Shown: positions 28,877 through 39,300 of the stretch, piece after piece
How the letters are laid out: every line of letters starts with the position of its first letter
Position numbering within the stretch: the first letter of the stretch is position 1
NCBI GenBank assembly: GCA_947591215.1
Contig: CANQCZ010000001.1
Location: 27,399-91,398, forward strand
Reading direction: 5' to 3'
Length of the DNA stretch: 64,000 nucleotides
DNA from: an uncultured Bacilli bacterium
GTDB lineage: Bacteria > Bacillota_I > Bacilli_A > RFN20 > CAG-449
The notes under the pieces: generated by a model
Databases searched by the model: none
Seen by the model: only the letters and a program-made list of their open reading frames with translations
What the model was told of the DNA's origin: nothing
Position numbers and translations under genes: made by a program

Positions 28877-30576
28877 TTTGTTGCCTCGACGCGATTCATG
28901 ATAATGGGGATAATCATCGGATGCCGTCTGGTGTGAATATAAAGGTAACGAAGAAGCGTATTTCTGATCGTGTTTTTTATTTCTCCGAAAGTGACTTTAT
29001 TTGTTTCCATCAATTGATTCAATTCGCGTTCGACTTCTTCTCCGGCGTGTTTTAACAATGTGGCGGAACTGCTGTCCAAAGACAAAAAACCTTTTGAAAT
29101 TACTTGAGGTTTTTTCACTATTGAATTGTTCCTAGAATCGATTGAAACAAAGATAGCGACCATACCGTCATTCGATAGAACATTCCTATCGCGAATCACT
29201 GCGGTGGAAAGACCGGTGATATCTTTTCCATCGATATAAATATCGTCGGTTTGAATACGTCGTCCTTCAGTTATTTGATGATTTTTTAAGAGCAAGGTAT
29301 CACCATTAGCTAAAACAAAGGTATGATCTTTCGGTATACCTAATGTTTGCGCTAATTCGGCGTGAAGACGCAACATACGGTATTCACCATGTGCCGGCAT
29401 GAAATAATGCGGTTTAAATAACTTAATCATCAAGCGCAATTCTTGCTTAGAAGGGTGACCGGAAGCATGCAAATTCGAAAAAATCGAATTGGTTAAGACA
29501 TTGGCACCAATTCTAGTCAATTGATTTACGACACGATTGATAGAGGCCGTATTGCCCGGGATCGGTGAAGAGGAGAAGACGACAGTATCGCCCGGCATTA
29601 TTTTGATAAAGTTATGTTCGCCATTAGCAATCCGCGATAAAGCCGCCATCGATTCACCTTGGGAACCGGTACAAAGAATTACCAGTTCTTCATTTTTGAT
29701 ATTTTTAATTTGATCTGGTGAGACGATAGCGCTATCGGGAATGTGGATATAACCATAATGTCGGGCCATCGTTATGGTTGATTCCATCGATCTTCCTAAA
29801 ATGATTATTTTACGCTTGTAAGTAACACATGCTTCGACGATTTGTTGAATGCGGGAAATATTGCTGGAGAAAGTTGAAATTACCAATCTTCCCGTAGCTT
29901 TGGCAAATATTTCATTAATCGAGTTAATTACCGATTTTTCTGATTGAGTATAGCCTTCTTTTTCGGCGTTAGTGGAATCGGAAAGCAATAAATCGACTCC
30001 TTCTTCTCCAAGACGCGCAATTTTCGATAAAGAAATATCGGCGCCGATTGGAGTCAAATCGATTTTAAAATCACCGGTGGTAACGATTCGACCTTGCGAG
30101 GTGTCAACACAAATGCCATAGGAATCGGGAATGGAGTGAGTCACATGGAAAAATTGAACTTTGAATGTTCCCACTTCAATATTCGAGGATTCGTCATATT
30201 CAACGATCGTCACTCTTTCTTTTATATTATTTTCTTGCAGTTTATGTCTAATCATCGCTGCCGCTAACTTTGGAGCGTAGATAATAGGAACGTAGACCGT
30301 TTGAATTAAGAAAGGAATACCACCAATATGATCTTCGTGTCCATGAGTAATAAATAAGGCTTTGATTTTACTTCTGACATTTTTTAAATGAGTATAATCA
30401 GGAATCACATAGTTGACGCCAAGAATATTTTCTTCGGGAAACATAACTCCAGCGTCGATAATGATTAGATTATTTTCATCTTCAATACAATAAGTGTTTT
30501 TTCCGACTTCACCTAAACCACCTAAAGCATAAATCAAAACAGACTTAGAGGTGTTTTGCGAATCTTGTTTATCCAT
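28873..30576 (-). CDS. rnj: Ribonuclease J (metallo-beta-lactamase / beta-CASP)
   Basis: HGHEDHIGG motif, beta-CASP region and a 567-aa length. Confidence 0.9.
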   Translation of the reverse strand: MDKQDSQNTSKSVLIYALGGLGEVGKNTYCIEDENNLIIIDAGVMFPEENILGVNYVIPDYTHLKNVRSKIKALFITHGHEDHIGGIPFLIQTVYVPIIYAPKLAAAMIRHKLQENNIKERVTIVEYDESSNIEVGTFKVQFFHVTHSIPDSYGICVDTSQGRIVTTGDFKIDLTPIGADISLSKIARLGEEGVDLLLSDSTNAEKEGYTQSEKSVINSINEIFAKATGRLVISTFSSNISRIQQIVEACVTYKRKIIILGRSMESTITMARHYGYIHIPDSAIVSPDQIKNIKNEELVILCTGSQGESMAALSRIANGEHNFIKIMPGDTVVFSSSPIPGNTASINRVVNQLTRIGANVLTNSIFSNLHASGHPSKQELRLMIKLFKPHYFMPAHGEYRMLRLHAELAQTLGIPKDHTFVLANGDTLLLKNHQITEGRRIQTDDIYIDGKDITGLSTAVIRDRNVLSNDGMVAIFVSIDSRNNSIVKKPQVISKGFLSLDSSSATLLKHAGEEVERELNQLMETNKVTFGEIKNTIRNTLLRYLYIHTRRHPMIIPIIMNRVEATK

Positions 30577-30761
30577 ATTAAGTCATCTCCATAAACTTTC
30601 ATCAATATTGTTATAGCTCTAAAATCGATTGCTATTATAAAACGAAATAAATAAATTGTAAAGCAAAATAATGATTACTTCTTGTTAAAATATTTCATAG
30701 ATTAAGAGATAGTAAAATTTAATTATTATTATTTTACGCATAATTAAAAAAATTAGACGTC

Positions 30762-31301
30762 TTAAATTAATACCGCGTTGCCTTTGCGTTTAAAGCGATC
30801 GTTACGATCGATTCGATCGTAATACAAAATTCCATCCAAATGATCGATCTCGTGCTGTAAGACGATCGCATCATATCCTTTAGCGTCGATTTCGATTTGC
30901 TTATCTTGAAGTAAATCGTAAGCACTCACTTTGATTTTGTAGGATCGATAGACATATCCTTTATGATCGTCAGGAACCGAAAGACATCCTTCGCCATTAC
31001 TTAAGGCGACCTCTTTCAGTGAGTTTTGAATAATTTTCGGATTGACTAAACAATATTCGATTTTTTTATCATCGTAGGTATATGAAATGGCAATCATTCT
31101 TTTATTGATTCCAACTTGTGGGGCCGCAAGTCCGACACCGGAACGGATTTTGTGTTTTTCACAATATTCTTCATTTGAGGATTTCCGCAAATAATCAAGC
31201 ATTTCAAGCAAAACCTTTTTCTCGTCCTCCTTCAAAGGAAGGTCACAAGGGAAAGATTTTTTTCGCAACGATTTTACTTTATCGGTAACAATTTTAAGCA
31301 T
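30762..31301 (-). CDS. def: Peptide deformylase
   Basis: GVGLAAPQVG, EGCLSVP, HEIDHLDG motifs. Confidence 0.9.
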   Translation of the reverse strand: MLKIVTDKVKSLRKKSFPCDLPLKEDEKKVLLEMLDYLRKSSNEEYCEKHKIRSGVGLAAPQVGINKRMIAISYTYDDKKIEYCLVNPKIIQNSLKEVALSNGEGCLSVPDDHKGYVYRSYKIKVSAYDLLQDKQIEIDAKGYDAIVLQHEIDHLDGILYYDRIDRNDRFKRKGNAVLI

Positions 31302-31395
31302 CGTAATTACCTCTTCTATCTAAGTTTAAAAAATCTTGCTCCCTTTGTCAAAACAAAAACTATCCTTTCTTTTTATAAAATAAAAGAAGCGGGTT

Positions 31396-31608
31396 TTAGT
31401 AACCCGCTCCTTGGCATCCACAGCCACATCCGTTTGATCCTAGAAATGTTTGTCCTTGATTGCTGGAACATCCGCAACCGATGATGACTAAAAGTATGAA
31501 GAGAACAAGGATGATGGCAAAGACTCCACCCCAGCCGTTACTAGAACCGGAAGAAGGATACGCATATCCGCCTTGTGGATAACCGTAATTTTGACCGTAA
31601 TAGTACAT
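31396..31608 (-). CDS. Tiny Gly/Tyr-rich membrane protein (YjcZ-like family)
   Basis: MYYYGQNYGYPQGGYAYP…FAIILVLFILLVIIG is the pattern of small YjcZ-type Firmicutes proteins. A Cys-Gly-rich tail follows. The terminator hairpin GCGGGTT-TTAGT-AACCCGC overlaps the stop. Confidence 0.55.
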   Translation of the reverse strand: MYYYGQNYGYPQGGYAYPSSGSSNGWGGVFAIILVLFILLVIIGCGCSSNQGQTFLGSNGCGCGCQGAGY

Positions 31609-31737
31609 AGAGCACCTCCTAACTAGTCTATTGTATGAGAATTATTTTTAAATGTCTCAAAATTTACAAATTTGATATTTTTCTACAGGGTTAGTTTACT
31701 TTTAACTAACATATCATATTCTATAAAGGTGATTGAA

Positions 31738-32106
31738 ATGAATAAATTTGAAGAATTTAAAGCATTCGCCCATACAAAACCCTTTTTAAAGGAACGTGTA
31801 AGTCGCCATGAAACAACATGGCAAGAGTTATACGAAAGATACGATATTTATGGAGAAGATGATGAAGTTTTTAAAGAAAAACCACCTGAGGATACCTCTT
31901 CTAAGAAGGAAGAAAAAGACACTAAAGACGGTGGTTTAGGTTCTCTTTTTGACGTCATCGCTTCATTTGATGCCGATAAGATCAGCGAAGGGTTGAATGG
32001 TATGAAAAAAATTCTCAATGTACTAGCGGAAGTCACCGCTTCTGATGAGCCAAGCGTGATGTCTAAAAGAAAAATGACACGGCCGTATTCGAGGGATGAT
32101 GATTAA
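31738..32106 (+). CDS. Hypothetical protein (YlbD-like by position)
   Basis: RBS AAAGGTGA before ATG 31738. Acidic 122-aa protein upstream of YlbE/YlbF-like genes. Confidence 0.45.
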   Translation: MNKFEEFKAFAHTKPFLKERVSRHETTWQELYERYDIYGEDDEVFKEKPPEDTSSKKEEKDTKDGGLGSLFDVIASFDADKISEGLNGMKKILNVLAEVTASDEPSVMSKRKMTRPYSRDDD

Positions 32107-32315
32107 TGAGAAGTGAGATTATAATGGCATTGGATAAAGATGTTGATTATTATGTTTTCATGAGAGAAAACCCCAAGTGGTATCGGATCTTAAGCCGCGA
32201 TCCAACTCAGTTAAAAGCTTTTTTTGAAGAATACAAATTAGTTCGTAGAAAACGTGTCGTCGATCGCATCGAAGATATTTCAATGATGGTTAATTTGGCA
32301 AAAGAGTTAATGTAA
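32106..32315 (+). CDS. Small protein, YlbE-like
   Basis: 69 aa, overlapping its neighbours by start/stop. Synteny with the ylbD-ylbE-ylbF arrangement. Confidence 0.45.
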   Translation: MRSEIIMALDKDVDYYVFMRENPKWYRILSRDPTQLKAFFEEYKLVRRKRVVDRIEDISMMVNLAKELM

Positions 32316-32345
32316 CAAAATCGAGGATTATGATATACTTTAAAT

Positions 32346-32699
32346 ATGCAACAAGATGATTTAGAAAATAAAATCGAAGCGATAGCGCACGAAATAAAAA
32401 ACATGGATGAAAGAAAAAAACTTGTGGAACTTTCCACTAAAATGGAAAATGATCCGGAAGTGATAAAGCTTTCATTAATTTTTCAAAATGCCCAAGAAAA
32501 TTATAATTTTGTTTTAAAGCATTTTAAAGAGGATAGCGAAGAAGTAAAAAAAGCCCAAAAAAGCCTTTACGAAGCTAAAAAAAATTTAGATGAACATCCG
32601 TTAGTAAGAGAGTATAACGCTTTTTATGTCGCATCCAACGAACCTTTAAGATATTTAGAACTAAATTTGATTTATAAATTAAATTCAAAAAAATTATGA
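32346..32699 (+). CDS. YheA/YmcA/YlbF-family regulatory protein
   Basis: 117-aa helical protein (…KLVELSTKMENDPEVIKL…YNAFY…) matching the Com_YlbF family pattern. Confidence 0.6.
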   Translation: MQQDDLENKIEAIAHEIKNMDERKKLVELSTKMENDPEVIKLSLIFQNAQENYNFVLKHFKEDSEEVKKAQKSLYEAKKNLDEHPLVREYNAFYVASNEPLRYLELNLIYKLNSKKL

Positions 32700-33093
32700 A
32701 ATACTTCGTAGGAAGTATTTTTAATTTGCTCAGAAAATGGTATTCGAAAGTGAAAAGGGGAATGGGAGTTCAATCAAATAATGTGGTATTGTTTTTTAGA
32801 AGTTTTTTCCTTAAATTCTTTTCAAAAAATAGTAAATATATCTTTAATAGATACATCGTTTTCAAGCTTTTTAGCATAATAACAATTATTAAGTTTTCTT
32901 ACTCATTATAAAATGCTTCTTTACCATAAAAAGAAGCTATTTTAATTGTAATCTAAAAATTGAATGCTAATTCAAGTTCTTATCGATTGTTAAATCGATT
33001 TTGTTCTATAAAAATTTTTACAATTTATTTGTTGCGCCGGCAATTCTATTGATAATAAATTATTGATGTGTATTGTTATTAGGGAAATTAAAT

Positions 33094-33369
33094 ATGATAA
33101 AAAGAGGGAATATAGCAAATTTAGAAAAATTTTCTAATCAAAATATTTTTAAAATTTCTTATGTATTAAAGGTAGTAGATTATGCAACGGGAACGATTTA
33201 TTATTCCGAGTTTTATTATGCTTATGTAAGTAAACAAATAATTACAATGGAAAAAATTTCGGAGCGATTAAATATATCGAATAATACTTTAAAGCAACAC
33301 ATAAAGAAAATTAATAGCATTATAAATGCCGTAGAAACAATTACAGATGATGATTTTATAAAAATATAA
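33094..33369 (+). CDS. Small hypothetical protein with a helix-turn-helix-like segment
   Basis: …MEKISERLNISNNTLKQHIKKIN… resembles an HTH. First gene of the AT-rich island. Confidence 0.4.
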   Translation: MIKRGNIANLEKFSNQNIFKISYVLKVVDYATGTIYYSEFYYAYVSKQIITMEKISERLNISNNTLKQHIKKINSIINAVETITDDDFIKI

Positions 33370-33401
33370 TAAATTTCAAATTTATCATATTTTTGCTTAT
33401 G

Positions 33402-33428
33402 TTACCAGCCCGATTTTATGGCTGGTAA
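33402..33428 (+). terminator. Possible terminator hairpin
   Basis: TTACCAGCC-CGATTTTAT-GGCTGGTAA 9-bp stem. The downstream U-run is weak. Confidence 0.35.
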
Positions 33429-33476
33429 ATAGTATTTAATATTGCTTATCATAAAAGTGTCGAAAGGAGTCGGAAA

Positions 33477-33938
33477 ATGAATCTTGAGGAATTGCAAGAC
33501 TTTAAATTTTATTTATCATTAAGCTTTGTGATAGTGTTATCATCTATACTTACTATCATTACGGTGGAAATTATAAAGCTAATTCTTAAAAAGAAAAAAA
33601 TAATCACCGAAGAAACAGACGCAGATAAAAAAGACCAGTTACTAATTAAAATCGGTCGATTTGTAGCGCTTCTAATTTATACCATAGTATATCTTATAAA
33701 AGAATTTCTTCTTAAGCATGATCTCATATTCAATGAAGCGTTATTTATCGGACTTCTTTCTGGAGGTGCAGTTACCTTAACAGTTGCTAAAGGATTATAT
33801 ACATCCTTTAGACAAAGTCAAAAAAAGAAAAAGGTGTTCGATAAATTAACTGAAGCGGAAAGTAAGTTAGAAGCTTTACAAAAAGAAGCGCTTGAAAAGC
33901 AAACGAAGATAATATTAACCAGAAAGGAGAGGAACTAA
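33477..33938 (+). CDS. Membrane protein (3 TM) with a C-terminal Lys-rich coiled coil; holin-like architecture
   Basis: RBS AAAGGAG upstream. TM segments, then …KVFDKLTEAESKLEALQKEALEKQTK. Confidence 0.5.
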   Translation: MNLEELQDFKFYLSLSFVIVLSSILTIITVEIIKLILKKKKIITEETDADKKDQLLIKIGRFVALLIYTIVYLIKEFLLKHDLIFNEALFIGLLSGGAVTLTVAKGLYTSFRQSQKKKKVFDKLTEAESKLEALQKEALEKQTKIILTRKERN

Positions 33939-33939
33939 C

Positions 33940-34605
33940 GTGAAATTATTAATGTCATCAATTATTGTACCTAAAATACAACTCCAATATATAAGGGATA
34001 GCAATAAAATTTTTAGAGTAATATCTGAAAGCATTGATCCATTATTTAAACAATTGTTATCTGATAAAAGTATTCGTGTGCAAGTATGGTTGGAACGTGA
34101 AGTTAGAAAATTATCTAATTCAAGAATAAAAAGAAGTTGGGTTCATTCATGCGATATGTCAAATAAAAGACCGACCAAGTTATTTACTAACGGAGAGTAT
34201 AATTATGGTGGTGGCAATGGCTGGGGTTGGAAAGGTAATGATGTGCCATCTTATACAACAACGAATGGAATTGTACCAACTGAATTTGAGGTCACATTAT
34301 CAGATATACAAAATGATTTATTAGTTATAAAGTTTCCTGTAGTTGATATATTTAGCAATATTTTAAAAAAGAAAAAAAGTGGCACATCCGCTAAAGATGG
34401 TGATTTGATTGAGGATTTAGCAATTATATCTAGAGGACGAGCCACGTACCAAATTATAAGAGCTAAATTAGTAGTTAATTATGCTGGTAAAGTCATAATG
34501 AGTGAACCAAGTAATTCGATTATGCTTGGGATTCATAGGAAAAAAGACGCTGTCTTTGATTCGAAAAACTTAGAAAGTTTTATAAAGATCGGAAGGTTCA
34601 TTTAG
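33940..34605 (+). CDS. Hypothetical protein (221 aa)
   Basis: GTG start 6 nt after RBS AAAGGAGAGG, adjacent to the previous stop. No recognised family. Confidence 0.5.
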   Translation: MKLLMSSIIVPKIQLQYIRDSNKIFRVISESIDPLFKQLLSDKSIRVQVWLEREVRKLSNSRIKRSWVHSCDMSNKRPTKLFTNGEYNYGGGNGWGWKGNDVPSYTTTNGIVPTEFEVTLSDIQNDLLVIKFPVVDIFSNILKKKKSGTSAKDGDLIEDLAIISRGRATYQIIRAKLVVNYAGKVIMSEPSNSIMLGIHRKKDAVFDSKNLESFIKIGRFI

Positions 34606-34727
34606 TATAAAGAACATTGATTGTTTGTCCATTAGCTCTAATTATTACTATATTCAAGATAGTTTTAATTTTGATATTTGGCAACCTGTCTAAGCCATGG
34701 TGTGAAACGTTCTAATTCTTATACTAT

Positions 34728-34750
34728 AAATCGGAGTTTAAATCCGATTT
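34728..34750 (+). promoter_or_regulatory. Hairpin immediately upstream of the rhs-operon RBS
   Basis: AAATCGGA-GTTTAAA-TCCGATTT stem-loop, 25 nt before ATG 34776. Possible terminator or attenuator separating the upstream three-gene module. Confidence 0.3.
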
Positions 34751-34775
34751 TTAATATTAAGAAAGGAAAATAAAA

Positions 34776-36323
34776 ATGAAATCATTTACACTTAAAGACA
34801 AAACAAATAAAAACATTAATATTGAAACAGCGAAGTTGGATATTGAAAATTCACGTCAAGAAGATATTTCGAAGCGTACGTTATTTGCTAAGCATTTTAT
34901 TAACGATGATGGAACTTACACTATGGAAGTAAGTCCATTCCCAATTCATTATTACGATACTAAAACTAAATCTTATGAAGAGATTGATAATACCCTTGAA
35001 GAATCTAATGGTAAGTTCTCAATTAAAAAAAATAAGATGAAATTATCATTTAATAAAGAAATTAGCGATGATGCTCCATTGTTTAATATCGAAAAAAAAG
35101 GACATCGTTTTCAACTTTTTTATCTTGGTAAAAAAGAGAAGGTTGGAAATAAAGTTTTAAGAAAAGTAAAAGGGAAAACTAAACGTTTTACAAAACAGAT
35201 AAGTAACTTAACTTATGAAGAAATTGAACCAAAAATCGATTTAGAATATAGCGTTCAATACAATAGAATTAAAGAAAACATTATTATTAAAGAACGGCAA
35301 GAAAGCTATGAATTTTCTTTTTTAGTAAATGTAGGGACATTAACTGTCAGTTTAAAAAAAGATGATTCATGTATTGAATTAGTAGATGCACATCAAGAGG
35401 TTCAATATATAATTCCCTCACCGATCATGTTTGATCAAAATAATAATTCTTCTACCGATTTAGGATATGAAATCGAAATAAGTGAAGATGGTAATCTTAT
35501 TTTCACCTTAAAAGCAGATGCTGATTGGATCAATTCTAATGAACGGGCTTTTCCCGTCGTTATTGATCCGCAAGTTGTGATAACAATTGATGATAATAAT
35601 ATCACAAAACATTTTCAGATAAAAAATAATGTTGCTTCAGTAGCGGGTACCAAGGGATATATAGATAATTCATCGTCATCGAATGCATATTTAATTGCTA
35701 TTGATGTAAGTAGTCTCTTATCGACAAAAATATCTTATGCTGAACTGATTTTTGAAAATGCTAATACTATGCCAAATAGTGCGTCGATACAGGCAAAGTA
35801 CTACAATATTAATAATGATGAAGTAAATAGTTCTTCTTTTACGATTAATACATCTAAGGAAAGCAATTTTACAAGTTTCACAGGACCAACATCAGGAAAA
35901 GCCTCACTTATTATGCCGGGAGCTTTAAATAAATGGATAAGCGAAAAAAAACAAATTGGAGCATTATTATTTAGATCGACAGGTTTATATGCTGGTTCAT
36001 ACACTTTTTATCCACCGACATTAAGTATTAAATATACTTTACAAATTTCAGCTCCTAGTTTTTATATCAATTTGAAAAATGATTGTATTACAGAAATCGT
36101 TACTGGCGCTGACGTCGGATTAAGATACGCTGCTAGAGAAAAAGGAGTTTTAACTACTTATGTCGATCAAACAAGTAGTAAAGTTTATCAAATTTTAAAT
36201 ATACAAGACAGGATTTATACGCGAAGAAATAATAACGATTTAGATAATTGGAACGAGTGGGAAAAACATAGTTTACGGGCTAAATTACAAAATGGTAATT
36301 TGTATTTAACAGATGAAGATTAA
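34776..36323 (+). CDS. Hypothetical 515-aa protein co-oriented with, and 15 nt upstream of, the Rhs gene (putative Rhs partner/accessory protein)
   Basis: RBS GAAAGGAAAA upstream. No signal peptide. Beta-rich, Asn/Ser-rich sequence. Tight linkage to rhs suggests an operon. Confidence 0.55.
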   Translation: MKSFTLKDKTNKNINIETAKLDIENSRQEDISKRTLFAKHFINDDGTYTMEVSPFPIHYYDTKTKSYEEIDNTLEESNGKFSIKKNKMKLSFNKEISDDAPLFNIEKKGHRFQLFYLGKKEKVGNKVLRKVKGKTKRFTKQISNLTYEEIEPKIDLEYSVQYNRIKENIIIKERQESYEFSFLVNVGTLTVSLKKDDSCIELVDAHQEVQYIIPSPIMFDQNNNSSTDLGYEIEISEDGNLIFTLKADADWINSNERAFPVVIDPQVVITIDDNNITKHFQIKNNVASVAGTKGYIDNSSSSNAYLIAIDVSSLLSTKISYAELIFENANTMPNSASIQAKYYNINNDEVNSSSFTINTSKESNFTSFTGPTSGKASLIMPGALNKWISEKKQIGALLFRSTGLYAGSYTFYPPTLSIKYTLQISAPSFYINLKNDCITEIVTGADVGLRYAAREKGVLTTYVDQTSSKVYQILNIQDRIYTRRNNNDLDNWNEWEKHSLRAKLQNGNLYLTDED

Positions 36324-36338
36324 TGGAGAAAATAAATA

Positions 36339-39300
36339 ATGGACAAGGATTTTCAAGATATTGAGAGAGTTTTTTATAATGGTAATGAAGTTGAAAGAGT
36401 ATTTTATAATGGTCAAGAAATAGTGAAAAACATCTATTATCGTTTTTCTAATGAAAAAAGCCGCATTGGACAAACTGAATTAAGTTATCAATGTGGGGTA
36501 GGAGAGGCAAAAGTAAATGTTTATACAGGACGCCTATCTTTAATTCATCCGGATATTAATATAGGCGCGGGTAATTTTGAAATCGGGATATCTCATATTT
36601 ACAATAGTTCTTGGTCAACTAAATTTGATAATGTGATGGGAAATGGTTGGAAACTTAATTTACAGCAATATTGTTATCCATATGATGATAACGATGAAGA
36701 AAGACTTCTTGGTTATGAAAAAGGAGATTATGTTTATATAGATGCTGAAGGTTATAAACATCGTTTCGTTATATATAAAGAAAAAGATGGTGTAGCATAT
36801 TATTACGATGATGCAAAAAATAATTTAATCTTAAAGAAAATATCAGAAAGCAAATTAGAGATCAGCAATCCAACAGGCTCTACATTATGCTTTAACAAAG
36901 ATGGTCAATTATATTCTATTGTTTCTCCATACAATACAACTATTGTTAAACATATTGAATACAAGGATGGTAAAATAGATTCTGTATATGATAAACGTAA
37001 CTCAAATCGAGTGCTTTATTTTAAGTATAATAAAGAGGATTTACTAAGTGAAATTAGTTGTGAAGAAAATTCAATTATATTAAAGACATTACATTATTTT
37101 TATGATTCAGATAATAATCTTATTAGAATCACTAAGCAAGTTAATACATCTACTAAGACGGTAGCTTTTTTTAGCTATGATTCAAATGATTTAATTCATA
37201 TAATGGATGGAGAAGATAATTCGGCAATATTATTCTCATATAAAAATTTCGATGATAAATATGTAACTAATGTTAAAATCGGCACAGGTAAAAAAACATT
37301 TTCAAATTCTTCAAAAATTGATTTAAAAGAAATTAAAAATGAAACAAAGTTTGATTATGAATCGACCTCTAATACTTTAGTGACGACTGAAAAGGGAATC
37401 ACATATCTTTATCAATTTAATAAACGTGGATTTACTTCAGCAATTTTTGAAAAAGATGGTCATAATTTACGTACTTTAACAAAGGAAAATGGTTGGTCAT
37501 TAAGCAATGGTAATCAAACTACCTCAATCAATGGAAAACATAGTGAAATTGTATATGGTGAAACTTACTTATTAACTAAAGAAAAATTGTACAATTTTCT
37601 AAATATATTTGCTGGTGCAACTAATTATTCTTATGTTGAAAATTATACGTTATCATTTTGGATTAAATTGAAATCAGTAGTATATAATGATGTTTTGGCA
37701 AGATTAAAGATTATTACTGTTCCAGCTCTTCAAGAAGTAACCTTAAATTTTAAAAGTAGGATTGATCATACAGCTTATGATGTGTGGCAACATGTGACTA
37801 TCCCGATTGATTTCCAATTATTCGAAGCTAATTATGATAATTCTGTGGACTATAGTGAATCTGGAATTCAAAATGAAGTCCCTAAATTAAAGGAAAACAT
37901 AAATGAAATGCGAATTAGCTTAGAAGGTATTCCATTGGATTCCTCTTTTGAAATTGCAGATATTCAAATAGCGGTTGGATCTCAAAATCATTTAGTTATA
38001 GCTGGAAAAAATTTTGAAGATGCCGATTATATTTATTGTTATATTGGTAATAAGTGTGAAAAGAAGGCTATTAATTCAAACTTTTTTATGACTTTGCAAG
38101 ATGTCATTTTAACATATCTTAATATGCATAAATGCGCAAATGAAAATGATAAATTTGATATGGTTGCTTGCGATGGAACAAAAGTAATCGAGGTAAACGC
38201 TATATCGTTTACAACACCTAAATTTAATGAATGTAAGTTTAAATTTTTAGATGATGGTAAACCAAATTTCTATTTAGTATGTAAAAATCGTAGAGCTCAA
38301 AGTCAATGGTTAGTAACCGAAACTGATTTTACATTTCGCAATGATTATATCGAGCAAAGAACTTCGGTTGATGTGATAGAAAAATATTATATTTGTATTG
38401 ATGAAAATAGCAAATCTAGAAATTATAGCTGGTATTTTTACAATGGTTTATTAAAAGCTCAAAAAGACGCATATGGAGTAATCACTGAAAATAAATATGA
38501 TGATTATGGAAATCTTATTGAAATAGTTATTTACAATGAAAATGATTCAAATAAACTAATTAGAACTATTACATTTGATGAATTTCAACTTAATGATTCG
38601 AAATTAAGTAAAGTTCAATATCAAATAAATGACAATGGCGTTTTAAGTAAACAAACTTTTAATTTACCATTTTTTCAATTGGATTCTGAGACTGTATTTA
38701 ATGGTGATACGACTTTATATGAAAAATGCTACATATATGATGATATTTTTGGTGACAAATTAACTAAAATATCTGTAAAAAGCGATTTGAAAAAGATTGA
38801 TACGTATTTTAAATATACTGATGAAGGATATTTAAATGATATTTCTGATGATTCTAAAAATCATTATCAGTTTGAGTATGATATTTTTGGAGACATTACC
38901 TCATATAACTTGATTGATGAAGATAATAATGTTACTGAATTATTGCAAAAAGAAAATATAAACTATGATAATCATTTCGAGGCCATTATCGAAAAATATC
39001 CATCGGATAATTCATCATTCACTAGAGAGTATTTGTATGATCAATATAATAGACTTACATCGATTCGCGAAAATGAAGAACATATTAAATTTGATTATGA
39101 ATCAAACGAAGAAAGCCGGATGTTGGCTCAAGTAGAATATATTGATGACCCGTATACAAAACAAAAAAATGTTATTAAGTATGATTCAAATACTGGATTA
39201 TATACGTATAGTACAATTAATGAAGAGAGTAGTACTAGTAATCAAGGTTTATCAATCGTTCAAATTGGACAAAATAAAACAAAATATATATTATGTGATG

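Noticed and set aside
30577-30761. Structured regulatory RNA in the rnj leader
   Set aside because: Only a weak AGACGTCT palindrome is visible, and I cannot support a conserved element from sequence alone.
32696-32911. 71-aa plus-strand ORF
   Set aside because: No RBS. Extremely AT-rich and low-complexity (FFRSFFLKFFSK). It lies in the island-boundary intergenic region.
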